From Welwitschia mirabilis (Eukaryota), in the NCBI GenBank assembly GCA_051453625.1, contig JBOZIK010000001.1, forward strand, positions 47,674,809 through 47,738,808: a stretch of DNA of 64,000 bases. The letters run 5' to 3'. This document shows, piece after piece, positions 51,100 to 64,000 of this stretch. The translations under genes were made by a program, and so were the position numbers. Below the pieces are notes generated by a model that had not been told where the DNA came from, searched no databases, and was given only the letters and a program-made list of their open reading frames with translations. Each line of letters opens with the position of its first letter. Position 1 is the stretch's first letter.

Positions 51100-54000
51100 C
51101 CACTATGACAATTCCAAAGAATAAGTTTTAGATGCTGTTAAACTCCTTTATATTGAATTTAATAATTAGAATCATAGCTAATATTAAAGTCACTATTTAG
51201 AAGGATTAGAGTTGAAAAGATTGGCTTGAAAATTTTAGATTTACCATGCATATATATATGATACAAAGTTTTTTAAAAAAGAACATGTTCCTCTTCAACA
51301 TCTAGAGGAATAAAATGCTTTGAAATCCATCACATTAAGTTAATAGAAATTATGAGAAAACTTGTGGTTTTATAGAATAAGACATTGGTAGATTTTAGTA
51401 AGACCAGCTATAATAACTTTATCATATTACAACATTCATTCTATTCAAAGAATAATTTTATGCTTATCATATCATCACAAGCATGAATAACTTGCATGAC
51501 GAGAAAGGAAAGATGCAATAGTTGATTACATGATGACTAATATTAACATGAGAGTTGTTGAAATTAACTTATAGAAAGAAGTTTACATATACTACGTAAA
51601 CTTGATTAGACATTATTTGAAGGATTCTTCTTTGTGTAGCTATTTTATGTTAATACAAAATAGTAGGAAACTACCAAAAATAATCTTCGATATACTCAGT
51701 AAGAATCTTGTAGTTATCAAAGAATAATTTAACTTTGCCAATATTTTATTCTTTAAAGATATATTTAAAGTGTCACATTTTTAAGTAAATCACATTTTAA
51801 TAAATAATCTTCAAGCAAACACACTTCTAATGTCAAACATCATGATAAGGGTAAAGCTCCTTAGAAACAATAAGCAAATCTAATGTAGTTACTAATAGCT
51901 CTAGTTCTCTAGATAATGTTGAATGCTATAAATCCAATGCCATGTTTCAAAGTTATAATTTTGTGTGTATGAGTGAAAATATACCTCATGATAAATCTTA
52001 GATTATAGGCACTACTAAAAATAGGCATATGATATAAACAAATGAATATTTAATGAATTTTTAGTGTAGCCTAATTAAGTTTATTGGGTAGATAAAACTC
52101 TAGTTTCTAGGGAATGTCATAGTATAGTTACTTTTTAGTTTCGTTCTCTCTCATACCAAATGCTCTCTTATGTTCTATATGATCTTTATTTAAGGTCACA
52201 TCTTCTTTCTTTTCTACATTAGTTAGAGAATATCATTTTATATCCATCATAAAGGATTTTATCGATGTTTTCAAAGATTTTTGGAATCTTATCATGAAGA
52301 ACCTAATGGATGGGAAAATTACATGTGTTTAAGGATGTGTTGATATGCATGAAATTGCATGTCCCATTTCACAAGAAGAAATTTCTCCATTGCTTCCATG
52401 GCATGCTTGTTTAGGTCATCCTAGTTCTTATTCATTAATTGTAATGTGTGAGAATGAACATCAACTTCTACCCTTCATATCATAGTATCTTTATTAATAT
52501 GAAGCATATATAATGAATAAATCAATATGAAAATGCGTTTCTTGCAAAAAGCATCATGGTAATTAAATGCTTCTACTTATGCATAGTGATCTATGTGATC
52601 CTATGCTAGTCCCTCTATGTTAATGCTATCATTAATCCATATCCTTCATAGATGATTTTTCACATATGACTTGGATGTATTGTATAGGATTCAAATCTCT
52701 TGCTTTTAATACTTTCAAGATTTTTGAAGTAAAAATAGAAAAGAAAACTAGTAACAAGACTAAGGGTTTTCATTCTAATAATGGTGAAGAATACACATCA
52801 ACTAAATTCAAGGACTTTATTAATTCAAAAGGCATTCATCATCTAAAGATATGTCTAGCAATGTTCTAAGATAATAACATCATTAAATAGTTTAATGAGT
52901 TCATTGTGGATATAGCATTTTTAATGATGTAATTTAATGGACGTAAGTCCTACTTATGGGATAAAGTTGTTAATACTTTATTCTATCTCAATAATCCTAT
53001 TAATCATGCTTTTAAAAAGGGCATTTCTCTTATTCTATCATGGACTAGATACAAGCCTATTTTAAACCATCTTCATGTATTTGAATGTAAGTGCTATATC
53101 CATTTTCTTACCAAATATTATGACAAGCTTGGTGCACATTCTTGTATCAGTATTTTTGTGGGGTATCCAACTAGATAGAAAGGATATCATGTGTACATTC
53201 CTGAGTATCGTAAGACCATTATTTATCATGATGTTATCTTTTCTGAAAGCTCACAGAATGCATCTGAGCTTGATCTTTTCAAGATATATTTTTTCTGTCA
53301 TCCTGTGTAAATTTTGGATGTTCAATGTCCTATGGTTGAGAGGGAAGATGTATCCACCAATTGTAATTTATCAATTCCTTCCATCCAAAATAGTTTGTTC
53401 ATAATACAAACTAGAAAATTAAGCTTTTTCATATGACTAGTAAATATAAACATAGTTTTAATAGCAACTGATTGGATTGTCCTACTAAAAATGTTGATCT
53501 CTTCCAAAGATAAAAATGAAGTACTTGGTTAGAATCTATTATACAAGATGCTCATTATGATGAAAGGGGAAAAGTTAGAACTAGGAAGAGCTCTCATGCA
53601 TCTCTTGATGATGATGATGAGAAGCTTCATTTAACCTTTGATGATGAATCAATTTATATTAAAGATACCATTCTATAAGATCATTGGATCCAAGCCATAA
53701 AAGAAGAATATAATGCGCTTGTGAAAAATTATGCATGAGAGTTGATTATTCTTCTATTATATTACATTCTGCTACCTAAAAAATGGATTTTTCATAGTAA
53801 GTATAAAGCGGATAATAACCTTGAATGATAGAAAAATTGTCTTGGTACCACAAGCCTAAGTTAAAGAAAAAGATTAGGCTATCGCAAAGTATTTATACTA
53901 ATAGGTAAATGGGCTAAGATCAAATCTATGATTGACTTAGTAGCTTAGAGGGAATAGAAGATGTACTAGTTAGAGATTAAGCTTATATTTCTCAATAGAA

Positions 54001-54187
54001 AACTTTAAGGAGAAATGTATATGATGCAGCCAAAGGGTGTAAAGTGAAAGGTAAGGAACAACAAGTATGTAGATTAATTAAGTCACTGTATGGGCTACAA
54101 TAAGCTCTAAGAGCATGGCATACTAAATTGAATAATTATTTAAGTATCAAGGAATTTAAACTATATGACTATTATGATGTAGATGCC

Positions 54188-54253
<66 letters not shown>

Positions 54254-55200
54254 GGTCTATGTAGATGACATGTTGATAATTGATAGTAATGAAGTGGATG
54301 TAAATCATATGATAATTACTTTAAGCCATTTCAAATTTCTGATCTAGGATTAGCTAGATTCAATCTTGGTATAGAAATTAAGCAAAAAAATAGATGAAAT
54401 ATTCCTCACTTAAAGAAAGTACATTAAATGCTTTATTTAGAAATCTAGATTAAAAAATGCTAAAGAAGTAATTATACCTTTTGAAAAATGCAAAAATTAG
54501 TGTTGATAAACACTTAGAATCAATAAATACAAATGAATATAGAAGAATAGTTAGTAGTCTCATTTATGTTACTAAAAATAGACTTGATATCTCTTGGTTG
54601 GTGTCCTGTTTAGAAATGTTCATGCATCAAAGGTTATTCATTTTAATGTTTCTATCAGAGTACTAAGATATTTAAAAAAGATAAAATACTTAGATCTTAC
54701 ATATAAGAGAAAGTCTTAATTTGTCCAAAAGTCATACTTTGACTCAAACTTTACTAGATAATCGAAAACATCCTTGTTAACATTAAGATATATCATTTTT
54801 TTAGGAGCCTTACCTTTATCTTAATGATCTAAGTATCAGATAATGATATCTCAATCCTTTATAGAAGTAGAATATATAGTTGCATTCAAAACTTGTAAAA
54901 AAAATGAATAATTAAAACAAATTTTAGAAGAAGTGAACTTAATGAAGATAAAGACAACTAATCTTTTCATTGATAATCAATCTATTATATGCATAGTAAA
55001 AGATCTAGTAAACCATGACAGGATAAAACATTTTTATGTTGGAGTTAATAAAATCAAGGAACTTACACAACAAGAAGTAATTGTATTAGTGTATTATCTG
55101 ACTATAGAAAAAATAGCTGATATTCTGACTAAAATTCTCCATCACAAAAATTTTCAATACTTCTAATCTAAGATAAAATTAACCATGAGTTAATATAACT
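51100..55200 (+). mobile_element. Highly degenerate Ty1/copia gag-pol (LTRs not resolved)
   Basis: WHACLGHPS (~52398), HSDLCDPM, FIDDFSHMTW, HSNNGEEYTS, KSLYGLQ*ALRAW, VYVDDMLI (~54255), IDNQS...HDRIKH...ADILTK. The 5' boundary is approximate. Confidence 0.9.
54192..54251. repeat. Compound (CT)n(AT)n microsatellite
   Basis: Directly visible. Confidence 0.97.
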
Positions 55201-58066
55201 TATTTTTCATAGATATTAGTTTTATCTGACTTTTAGAATCACTATAAAGATCCTTTCTTAATCCTGGTACTATGAGATGAAGCATGTGAATCCATCAAAC
55301 TCCTAGCCACTAGTGCAAAAAGGTATATCTAAGGTGTTAGCTATACCTTTAGGGGATCAATGAATAGTAATATTATTTATAATAGATGTTCATATGTTTT
55401 CATCTTTATAATAATGAAAGTTTTGGAAAAATATAAGAACAGTATGAACAAGATAGTATGCACTTTCAAGATTAACTAACTATATTACCTATCAAGTTCC
55501 TAATTAATTCAGCATCTTTAGAGGAAGAGGTAGAAAAGGCATGGAGAAAATGACTTTTGCCATAAAAGTCTAAGAGAAAAAGCATAAATAAGTCAAGTCT
55601 ATAGAGAAGATAAAATAAAATAGTTGAGATAGGGCTCATTACCATCCTGGAAAAGTTTTTCTATCTAACTTCTAAGGTCACAACACAACTCCATAGCTAG
55701 CTTTCCATGAAATGTAGAGTAGAAATGAGATCTAAGGAACAAGTCAAGATTTTCATAATGAGAAAACCATGGAATTTTCATTACAGTTTCATTATAGCAT
55801 TGTATTACATGTGATTTTTACACTATAACACTAATTTATTGAAATTAACATGGAATTATGGCTAATTTCTAAAAATTTAATAGCAGTTATTCCAAAATTG
55901 ATAAAGTAATGGCAAAATAATTTCAACCAAATGATCATATTCAAGAAACTATTCTTTCTAATTTTTCATCTATTTCATGCTATTTGTGTAAGATGTTCAT
56001 TTGTCATTTGAAAATCTTCTTCATTTTTTCCCATAATTTAGCAATCCTAGTCTTGTATTTTTTGGCACTTATTCAAGAAATGTTTTATTAGAAGAGGATG
56101 AAGAAGAATGTGAAGGATGAACAAAAGGAGAAGAAGGAGGAGGATGAGAAGTCTCTCCAATAAGGTTTTTGCATTGATGACAAGTTGTTGGAGGTACATA
56201 GGGAGTGACATATGAATAAATAGTGCAAATAGGAGGAGGTTCATACTATATTTCTTGTTCTTGCTTAAGATGCTATTGTTTTTCCTGCTTCTCATGTTGT
56301 TGCCTTGGGATTCAATTTGTATTTCTATACTTTTGGGCTTGGATTATTTTTTGAGAAATAATGGTTTTAATGTAAGCTCTTTATCAACCTTTATAATCTA
56401 AGGTTTGGTATAGGATATTATGGATAATATAAGAAATTATATAGGATACTATAAGGTTAATCTAATGTACTACATAGTTCATGATGGTTTGAAATAGAAA
56501 TTTATCAATGTTAAAAGGTTTTTTTTGGATAGTTCTAATGAGGTCTATGTGCTAGGTGGCTATTATAAGCATCTATAACATAATAAGTGGATAATAATTT
56601 TGAATGATAAAGAAAAATAAAGTAAGTTGGTTTTTATGAAAAAATTCACAAGGTAAATCTCCTTTTTTGTTAGGTGCATATTGTACATCTAAGGCATAAT
56701 AATAATATTATAGAGTTTTAGTTAAAGAAAATGGGAAATGATATAGATGTTCCACTCTTGAAACAACTTCAAAATTAAAAAATTGAAAAGAAAGTGTAGT
56801 GTATACAAGAATGGATTAACTAAGAGATTTAATCATCAAATAAAGAAGTTTTGTAGAATTCAAGAATTTATTTAGGGTATTATAATGTGTTGGCCTCTTT
56901 TAGAAAGTAGTTCCATCCTCTAGTTTTGATCCTTGCTAAGAAGAATGGAGCGTACATGTCTAAAAATGAGTTAAAATTTACTTCTTTAATAAAGGCTCCT
57001 TTTCTTCCATTCATTTTTCTTGAACAATCAATAATAGAATAGAGAAGAAATAGAAGAGTGGTAGAGAGAAGAAGAGAAAAAATAACAGAGATTAATGTTA
57101 GAATTTAAAGATGAATTAAAAATGAAATTTGTAAAATAGATTATGAAAGTAGACTAAAAAACAAATTCAAAGGACTCACCCTACAGTGCAATGAAGTTGA
57201 TGCATAAAAACTATGATTGAAAGTTGTACATGATTTTGAGGTGAAAGGATGATGGTGCTAGTGGAGAAAAGCAGTGGCATCAACTATTTGTAAAGGAAGA
57301 ATTTGTTGTTCGAATGATGGATGAAAGGTAGCGTAGAAGGATAATTAAGCTTATGGGAAAAGTGAAATCAAGAGAGGAGTTATAGGGTTTTATAGATATG
57401 ATGGTGAATGATGATAATAGAATTACCTAATTTCATTAATAGCTTGAATTTATTAGTCATGGATCAAGGCATGGATTAAAAGATCATTTTAAAATAAACA
57501 TAACTGTATTTTCAGATGTGCTTTCTCATAGAATGGAATGGTAAAATTGACAATGAAAATGATGAAAAAATGTAGAATGCAATGGGAAATAAACTTCAAC
57601 CATAAATTTTGGGAATGTAAGAGATAAAATGCCTATGTCAATGGCCGCTTCATTATAGTTTTTGTGAATTTTATTTTTAATTTAGTGGCATAAAATATCA
57701 TGTAAGTAAGATATTTATTAAGTAACATATAAGAATTCAAAATCAGTAAGCAAATTTTAAAGTGCAAGTTTAAGAAATGTAAACACCAGAGAATCTACGA
57801 TTCTCACCTATAATTGCTATAATTTATCTTTTCTAAAATTACACATCCCTTATTTTAAGAATTTGGATCATATTAAATATCCATAATTATGACATTTTCT
57901 TTTAATAAAATTAAGCATGTTGTTTCTTGAATAAATCGGTGCTACATTGCTAGCTAGTATCTATAGCCCTCATGTAGTTGAACATCTTATAAGTAGATCA
58001 TTAAATATCCATTAGCAATGAGTGTCCATAGCCCTAATGTAGTTAACTAAGCCCAATAAATTGATT

Positions 58067-58219
58067 ATAAAATATGATTTTGGAGAAGAGATATTATATT
58101 TATTTTTCATTCTACTTCTCATATTCATCATTTTTTTTGCACATAAAAATATGATTTTGGAGAAGAGATAGTATATTTATTTTTCATTCTACTTCTCATA
58201 TTTATCATTTTATTTACAT
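58067..58219. repeat. Tandem duplication, about 76 bp x2
   Basis: AAAATATGATTTTGGAGAAGAGATA-TATATTTATTTTTCATTCTACTTCTCATATT occurs twice. Confidence 0.92.
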
Positions 58220-58329
58220 GTAAGAGGTGTCATTAACTAATTAGCCTAATTAAGAAATATCATATTCTCATAAAATTCTTAAAAATAAAAGTATAATATG
58301 AAAGTAGAATTCACCTTTTTCATCCATAT

Positions 58330-61300
58330 TTTCGAAAGTTAGACATCTCAAGTAAAACTACCCTTAACAAGATAACTTAAAACTAAGCATAACCTTTTTT
58401 TATGATAAAAAGACAATTCAAAATTGTTAGCACACCATGGAGTAGGATGTTTAGAAGAGATGAAGTAAAAATGTACAGTGAATAAGAGTTTCTCATCTGA
58501 AAAAGTATCTTAAATAAGAAGGTCTAAAAAAAATGTATAGGATTTTGTTCATAAGGGATTCTAAAAAGATGATTAGCAAAACAATTATATTTTCCTTTTT
58601 TATTGATGATTGTTAGGTTAAAAATTCTTACATTTAATAATAACCATGTAATAAGTCTTACACTAGAATCATTTTTGGTCATCAAATATCAAATGACAAC
58701 TTGATTAGTTTAGACATTAGTATGAAAATCAAGAAGCTAATGTTGAAGTATATTAAGACAAAAGATGATAGCAACCATTTCTATTTTACTGGTTGTATAA
58801 TTAAGTTGGGCTCCTGAAAGGATTTTACTAATGTATTAAATGACCTTATAACCTTTCTCATGTTTTTGTCCTAACACACTCCACATAAGTTCAAAGTCTT
58901 TGTTCTAATTAGGTCCTCCTATAATAGTGCTAAATTGATCTTGTATTTCAGATTTTAAAAGTAATATTAACAAGACTCATTTCAATCAAACTAACATCTT
59001 TTTTTAAGATAGAATGAAAATTTTTATAAGTCTTGACATAGTCCTTAATGAATATTTGATAAAAACTTACCTATCTTATTTGATATTGATTAAAGAAGAA
59101 AGATTTCTAATGATGGCTATTTCAGTAGGATTTATTTAAATACCATTACTAGAAATATGATGATCTAAGCCTATTCCATTTCTTTCTAAGAATAAACTCT
59201 TTTCCTAACTAAGATGAAGGCCAGTTTCTATGCATCAGTCAAGGATGATTTTAAATCTCTTTAGATTTGCTCAAAAGAATCACCAAAAATAGAAACATTA
59301 TTCATAAATATTTCTATAGACTCTTCAATCATGTTTGAAGAGATACCTATCATGGCTTGTCAAAAGGTTATAAGTGCATTATACAAACCAAAGGGTGTTC
59401 TTATAAAGCGAAAGGTACCAAAAGGAAAGGTAAAAGTTATCTTGACTTGATCTTGATTAGCTATGCATACTTGATTGTAGCTACCATATCCATTGAGAAA
59501 GTGATAATATGCATGGCCTTAGATCCTATAAAGAATTTAATCTATAACGGGAAAGGAATAAAGATCTTTTGTAAAATCATTAAGCTTTCTAAGATTAATA
59601 TAGACTTATCACTTTCCACTCTTTTTAGGTACTACAATAAGAGGACTAATCCATTCACTACCAGAAATACCATAAATGATTTCTACATCCATAGATTTAA
59701 TGATTTCTTCCTTTACTACTATTTTAAGTGTAGGATTAAGTCTCTTCTATAGTTATCTAATGGATTTAGCATTATCTTTTAAATAAATTTAATGCAAAAT
59801 AATGAAAAAAATGAATAGGTAAAGGATCTTTATGATTTTAAGTAAAAGAACTTATTTTAGAAGTAATAAGTTAAAGAAGTGATTTTTCTTAGGAAGGATA
59901 AAGACATGCATTAATGATTAAGATTTTTTGATGTTTATTATTCAAAAAGATGTATTTCAACTCATTTTCTAATGCTTTAAGTTCTAAATCACAACCATTC
60001 TTGATTGTTATTATGATCCCATCTTGATATAGAAGGTTTTCTATGGATTTAACATGTTAAACATTATGATCAAAGAGGGATTCAAAGTGTTAATTTATTT
60101 TTCCATTTAAGTTATCATATAAGAGGTTCTTATTGAGATTATATAAATTAGAGGAATCAAGGCTTTCTAGGATTTTTTTTTCACATACTCTAAAATCATC
60201 AAATAAAGTTGAGTTATGTAAAGTAAGAAGACTTTCTTCTAAGGGGTGGTATTAAATAAGCATGAGGGTTCTAATTTGTTGTAAAAGATTATAATATTAT
60301 TTTGTATTTTTTTTTAGCTATATCAAAGACTCAAGTAATGAATTTCTCATTTCCTACATAGCATTTCATTATTTTGGTACTTATGTCAATAATACAATGG
60401 GCTAATGTACAAAATACTCCTTCTAAAAGTCAAAGGTATTATCCATTATGTTCTTCCTCAATGACAACCACATTTATAGGATAAAAGGCTTCTTCAATTT
60501 TTTATGATCAAATGCTTAATAACTCCAATTAATTTCCTAATAGTTACATATACTAATTCCAACATAACTTTTATTGAGTTAATTCTATTTCCAATACACA
60601 CTTATTACAAAAATGAATTGGCATAATGCTGATACTAGCTCCTATGCCTATCAATGATTTTTTGATATTCTTCCCCTCAACCCCAATCCCCCACCCAAGA
60701 TAATGCTAACTATAAAAGCCTCTACGTCATTGAATGTAGGACATTTTTATATCATTAAGTTAGAAAGAGACCAGGCACTAAATATGCTATCTAATGTGGT
60801 TCTTTTTTATTTTTTATTAACTAGGTCCTTCTAAATTTTATTATATTTTGGATTTTCTTACAATAGTTTTCAGAAAGGGAGGTTAATACTCACATCTTAC
60901 ATGATTAGCTTAAGATAATCATCATAAGTAGGATAAGTCTTCAATCTTTCTAGGTAATGGATTATAGGTTTATTTTCATTGTTTTAATTAGTTGTATTGT
61001 AACTTAATTTTACCTTAGAAGTTGAACGAAAACTAGGTTAATTAAGGATTTTTATGTCATCATCATGGATTTGATTTTTTTCTTAATTTTAAGAAGTGCA
61101 AGCTTTCTCATTATAAGTTGTATGATATTTACTTCTTCTCATTATCTTCCAATCCTTTTTAATAAAATTTTAGCTAGGAATGATTTGGATTACGAGAGAG
61201 CCTTGAGGTCCTTAATTTTCTAAGATGACTTGCTGAGATATGCCTATAAGATTATTCATATTTTTGTTGGTTGCCTCTTGCATTTTTTTCAACTCCTCAA

Positions 61301-64000
61301 TTAAATTTCTAAGGGAATTATTTTAGTATAGTTGAAGGACTTAGGCTAAAAATTATTATATTAAAATTATTGGGCTAAAATTTATTAGATTAAAAGGTAT
61401 TGAGCTAAAAGTTATTAGGCTAGAAGTGACTGGGATAAAGGTTGTTGCCTCTATATCTATTATTAAAAGAGGTTTTAAAGACTAGTTATGGCCTATTATT
61501 TTTTGGCTAAAATTATTGATTATTTCTAAAAGTGTTAGGTCTTTGATTAAATGCACAAGCATATTTATAGATCATTTCTTTACATGTTGGTAAGTCAAGA
61601 CACTACAATGGGAGTTATCTTCACATACTTCATAATGAGAGTAAGGTCTTAAAGTTTGTGGTTGTTGATTTAACAGTTTTATATTAAGTAAAAAGCCTTT
61701 CTATAAGTTTTTAAATTATTGATAAGATCTTAAATTAGGTTTTTAGGGCTAGGTTGCTTTTCATGTTATACTTTCTTTATATATTTTAACATTTTTCCTA
61801 TAGTTCCACCTTTCTTTAAGTATTGGTTTAGGCCATGTTTGACTGATTTCCATTAATTCCTCCAAATGTTTTTAAGCATCATTTAAAATTAGGTTGAGTA
61901 AATTTCCATCACATGTAAAATTTTTGTATTTTCTTGGTTTGGCTATTGAATCCACTATAGAATTGGTTAAAAAGGCCTTTTCTTGAAAATTCATCTATCA
62001 GATTGGATGAAACAATCATCAAGAATCTCTTATAGGTTGTAGCATAATCCTCATAAGGTTATTATGCAAAGTTGACAACTTTTCTTCTTCTTTTTCTCAT
62101 GGTTGTTTCATTCGTGAACCTTTTTATAAAGAAACTTAATTCCAAGTATTAAGGTTTTTATATGGGATAATTTTCAACCAATTTTTAGCCTTTCCTCTAA
62201 GGGTGAAAGGGAAAATAGTCATGTAAGTCCTATTAGTTACCTTATTTTTCCTATTTCCTGGGGTAAGTATAAGTTGTTATATTTTAGCCAGGTGTTGAAA
62301 AGGATCTTTTTCATCATCTTTTGAGAAGGTAGAATAATCTTACATGTTTTAAGTTCTACATCATCTCCATTGGATAGGTCAAAAGGGTTTTAAATATTTA
62401 TTTTTTTAAGAGCTATTATATCCTTGAGAGTTAAAAAAGTAAAAGCAGAGACTAATATGTTTGAAGGATTAGAAGAAAAAGAGGTTTGAGATGTAGGTTT
62501 TTTAGAGGGGTTTAAAGGTGAAGATAGTTTATAAAGCAAATTACTTTTAGAAATAAAAAAATTACTATCAAAAATATGCAAATGAAAAGTTGAATAATGA
62601 TCTTCTTCTATTCTAGATTTAAATGAAACTTTCTCATCTCTAGTTCTTAAATTGAAGTCTATTAATCCTCTGTGAATTACTTTGCTAATGAATTACTTCT
62701 TATGATGGTGCTTTTAGTTCTTTACCATTCCCTTATATATGCATAAAATGTTAAATAAACTTCTTCACGCCCAAATGATAACACCCTTCTAAATCACACA
62801 AAGTATAAGAAGGAGGTTATGCCAACAATGGATGTGGCACTTGCTCAGATCACATAAAGCATAAAGTGTAGACCAAGTTTATTATAAAGACAGTAATCAG
62901 AAATTCACATAAAAAGTAAAATCAACATGGAAAAGATACTAATAGAAATTAAAATGCAATCTAAACTAAGAAAAGAAAAACCTATATATACACACACTAT
63001 ACAAATAAGCATTTTGAAATGAAATTACTAACTTGAGTAGTAAGAATCAATCTTTCAAACTTCCTTGAACTTCTCCCTAGTAGGGGCACCAATTTGTTAA
63101 GGTGTGATTTATGTGGTTTTGTTTTTCAATTAAGTATCTTTAATAATAACCTATAATCTTAAGTATCTAATTCATAGAAAAACACACACTAGAATAAGGA
63201 GTCAAACCAATATCATGCTATAGAGCGGAGTTATAAGTACACTTGAAAAACTACTTTATTCAAAAAGGAATTGAAATGATTTTCTATTCTAATTTCAGAA
63301 TGATAAATAAATGATACTACAACTATGGATGAATTACAATGAATTAATGTAGTGATGAGATGTAATTCTAAACACAACTACTAATCAAGTTTTACTAACT
63401 TTTTGCCATCCAAATTAGTCCTCATATATTATATCAAAATCATACTTAAATTGATTTTAACATAACATATAAAGAGCATAAGAGAGAGATTAGTATAAAC
63501 AAAATGATCTTCTATTAATTACAATGTTTTATATGCACTTAAAAGTAGTCACTTCTCAATGGAGAAAACATAGCTTAACTCCAAGCTAAGCTCCCCTATT
63601 GAGCTAGATGAATTCCTTACATAATTGATTTCCACATTACTACAAGAATAATTGATGCACCAAAGATTTAGAGTGGGTTATCTAAGGGGGGTATTTATAG
63701 TTTTGGATTGATGATTTAGATCACTGAGAGTAGTAACTAACAAAGTGTTATCATATCACTAATTTTATAATAGATAAAATAATTATGTTTTAAATTCATT
63801 AGAGCTACCTTACTGCTAGGGATTATCTGGATAACATAAGGAATAACACTCATATCAAGTGATATTCTCTTATAATGGCTGATTATCCTCCACATGTCTT
63901 CTTGATGTAATGCCTAAGTGTCATCTTTATAGGTGTCATCCAAACAATAAGGTGGATGACTGTCAGTATGAAAATGAAGTTTCTATTTTTATACACTATT
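58330..64000 (-). mobile_element. Athila-like Ty3/gypsy element, degenerate, 5' LTR running off the window
   Basis: LTR edge at 63095. PBS-like TGGTGCCCCTACTAGGGA (cf. Athila TGGCGCCGTTGCCGGGGA). Motifs: gag IFPFTLRGKAKNWL (~62180), protease IGIGASISIMP (~60635), RT GHAYYHFLNGYGSYNQV...FPFGTFRF..TPFGLYNA (~59360-59520), RNase H VLGQK (~58870). TATA box at ~63690. Confidence 0.9.

Noticed and set aside
59357-59752. 131-aa plus-strand ORF
   Set aside because: It is the antisense shadow of the Athila-like RT.

Overview
AT-rich land-plant nuclear DNA with several assembly gaps, made up mostly of decayed retrotransposons. The one host gene is on the minus strand: four coding exons (9102 down to 6323) of a plant BTB/POZ (germ cell-less-like) protein. 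Identified elements are a LINE remnant, at least four Ty1/copia elements (one Sirevirus-like with both LTRs, a TSD and an extra ORF), a chromovirus-like tail, an Athila-like gypsy on the minus strand, a complete TRIM with a perfect TSD and a MITE-like family. Two structures stand out. (1) At 33332-38753 a full copia element is fused through a 4-nt ATCA overlap to a complete CCA-tailed initiator tRNA-Met copy, which runs into an inverted TRIM fragment. One near-perfect 5-bp TSD brackets the whole unit, suggesting a single chimeric cDNA was integrated. (2) At 26399-30738 there is a 4.3-kb foldback with ~1.8-kb inverted arms and a nested MITE-like hairpin in its loop. All calls were made by eye, without database searches.
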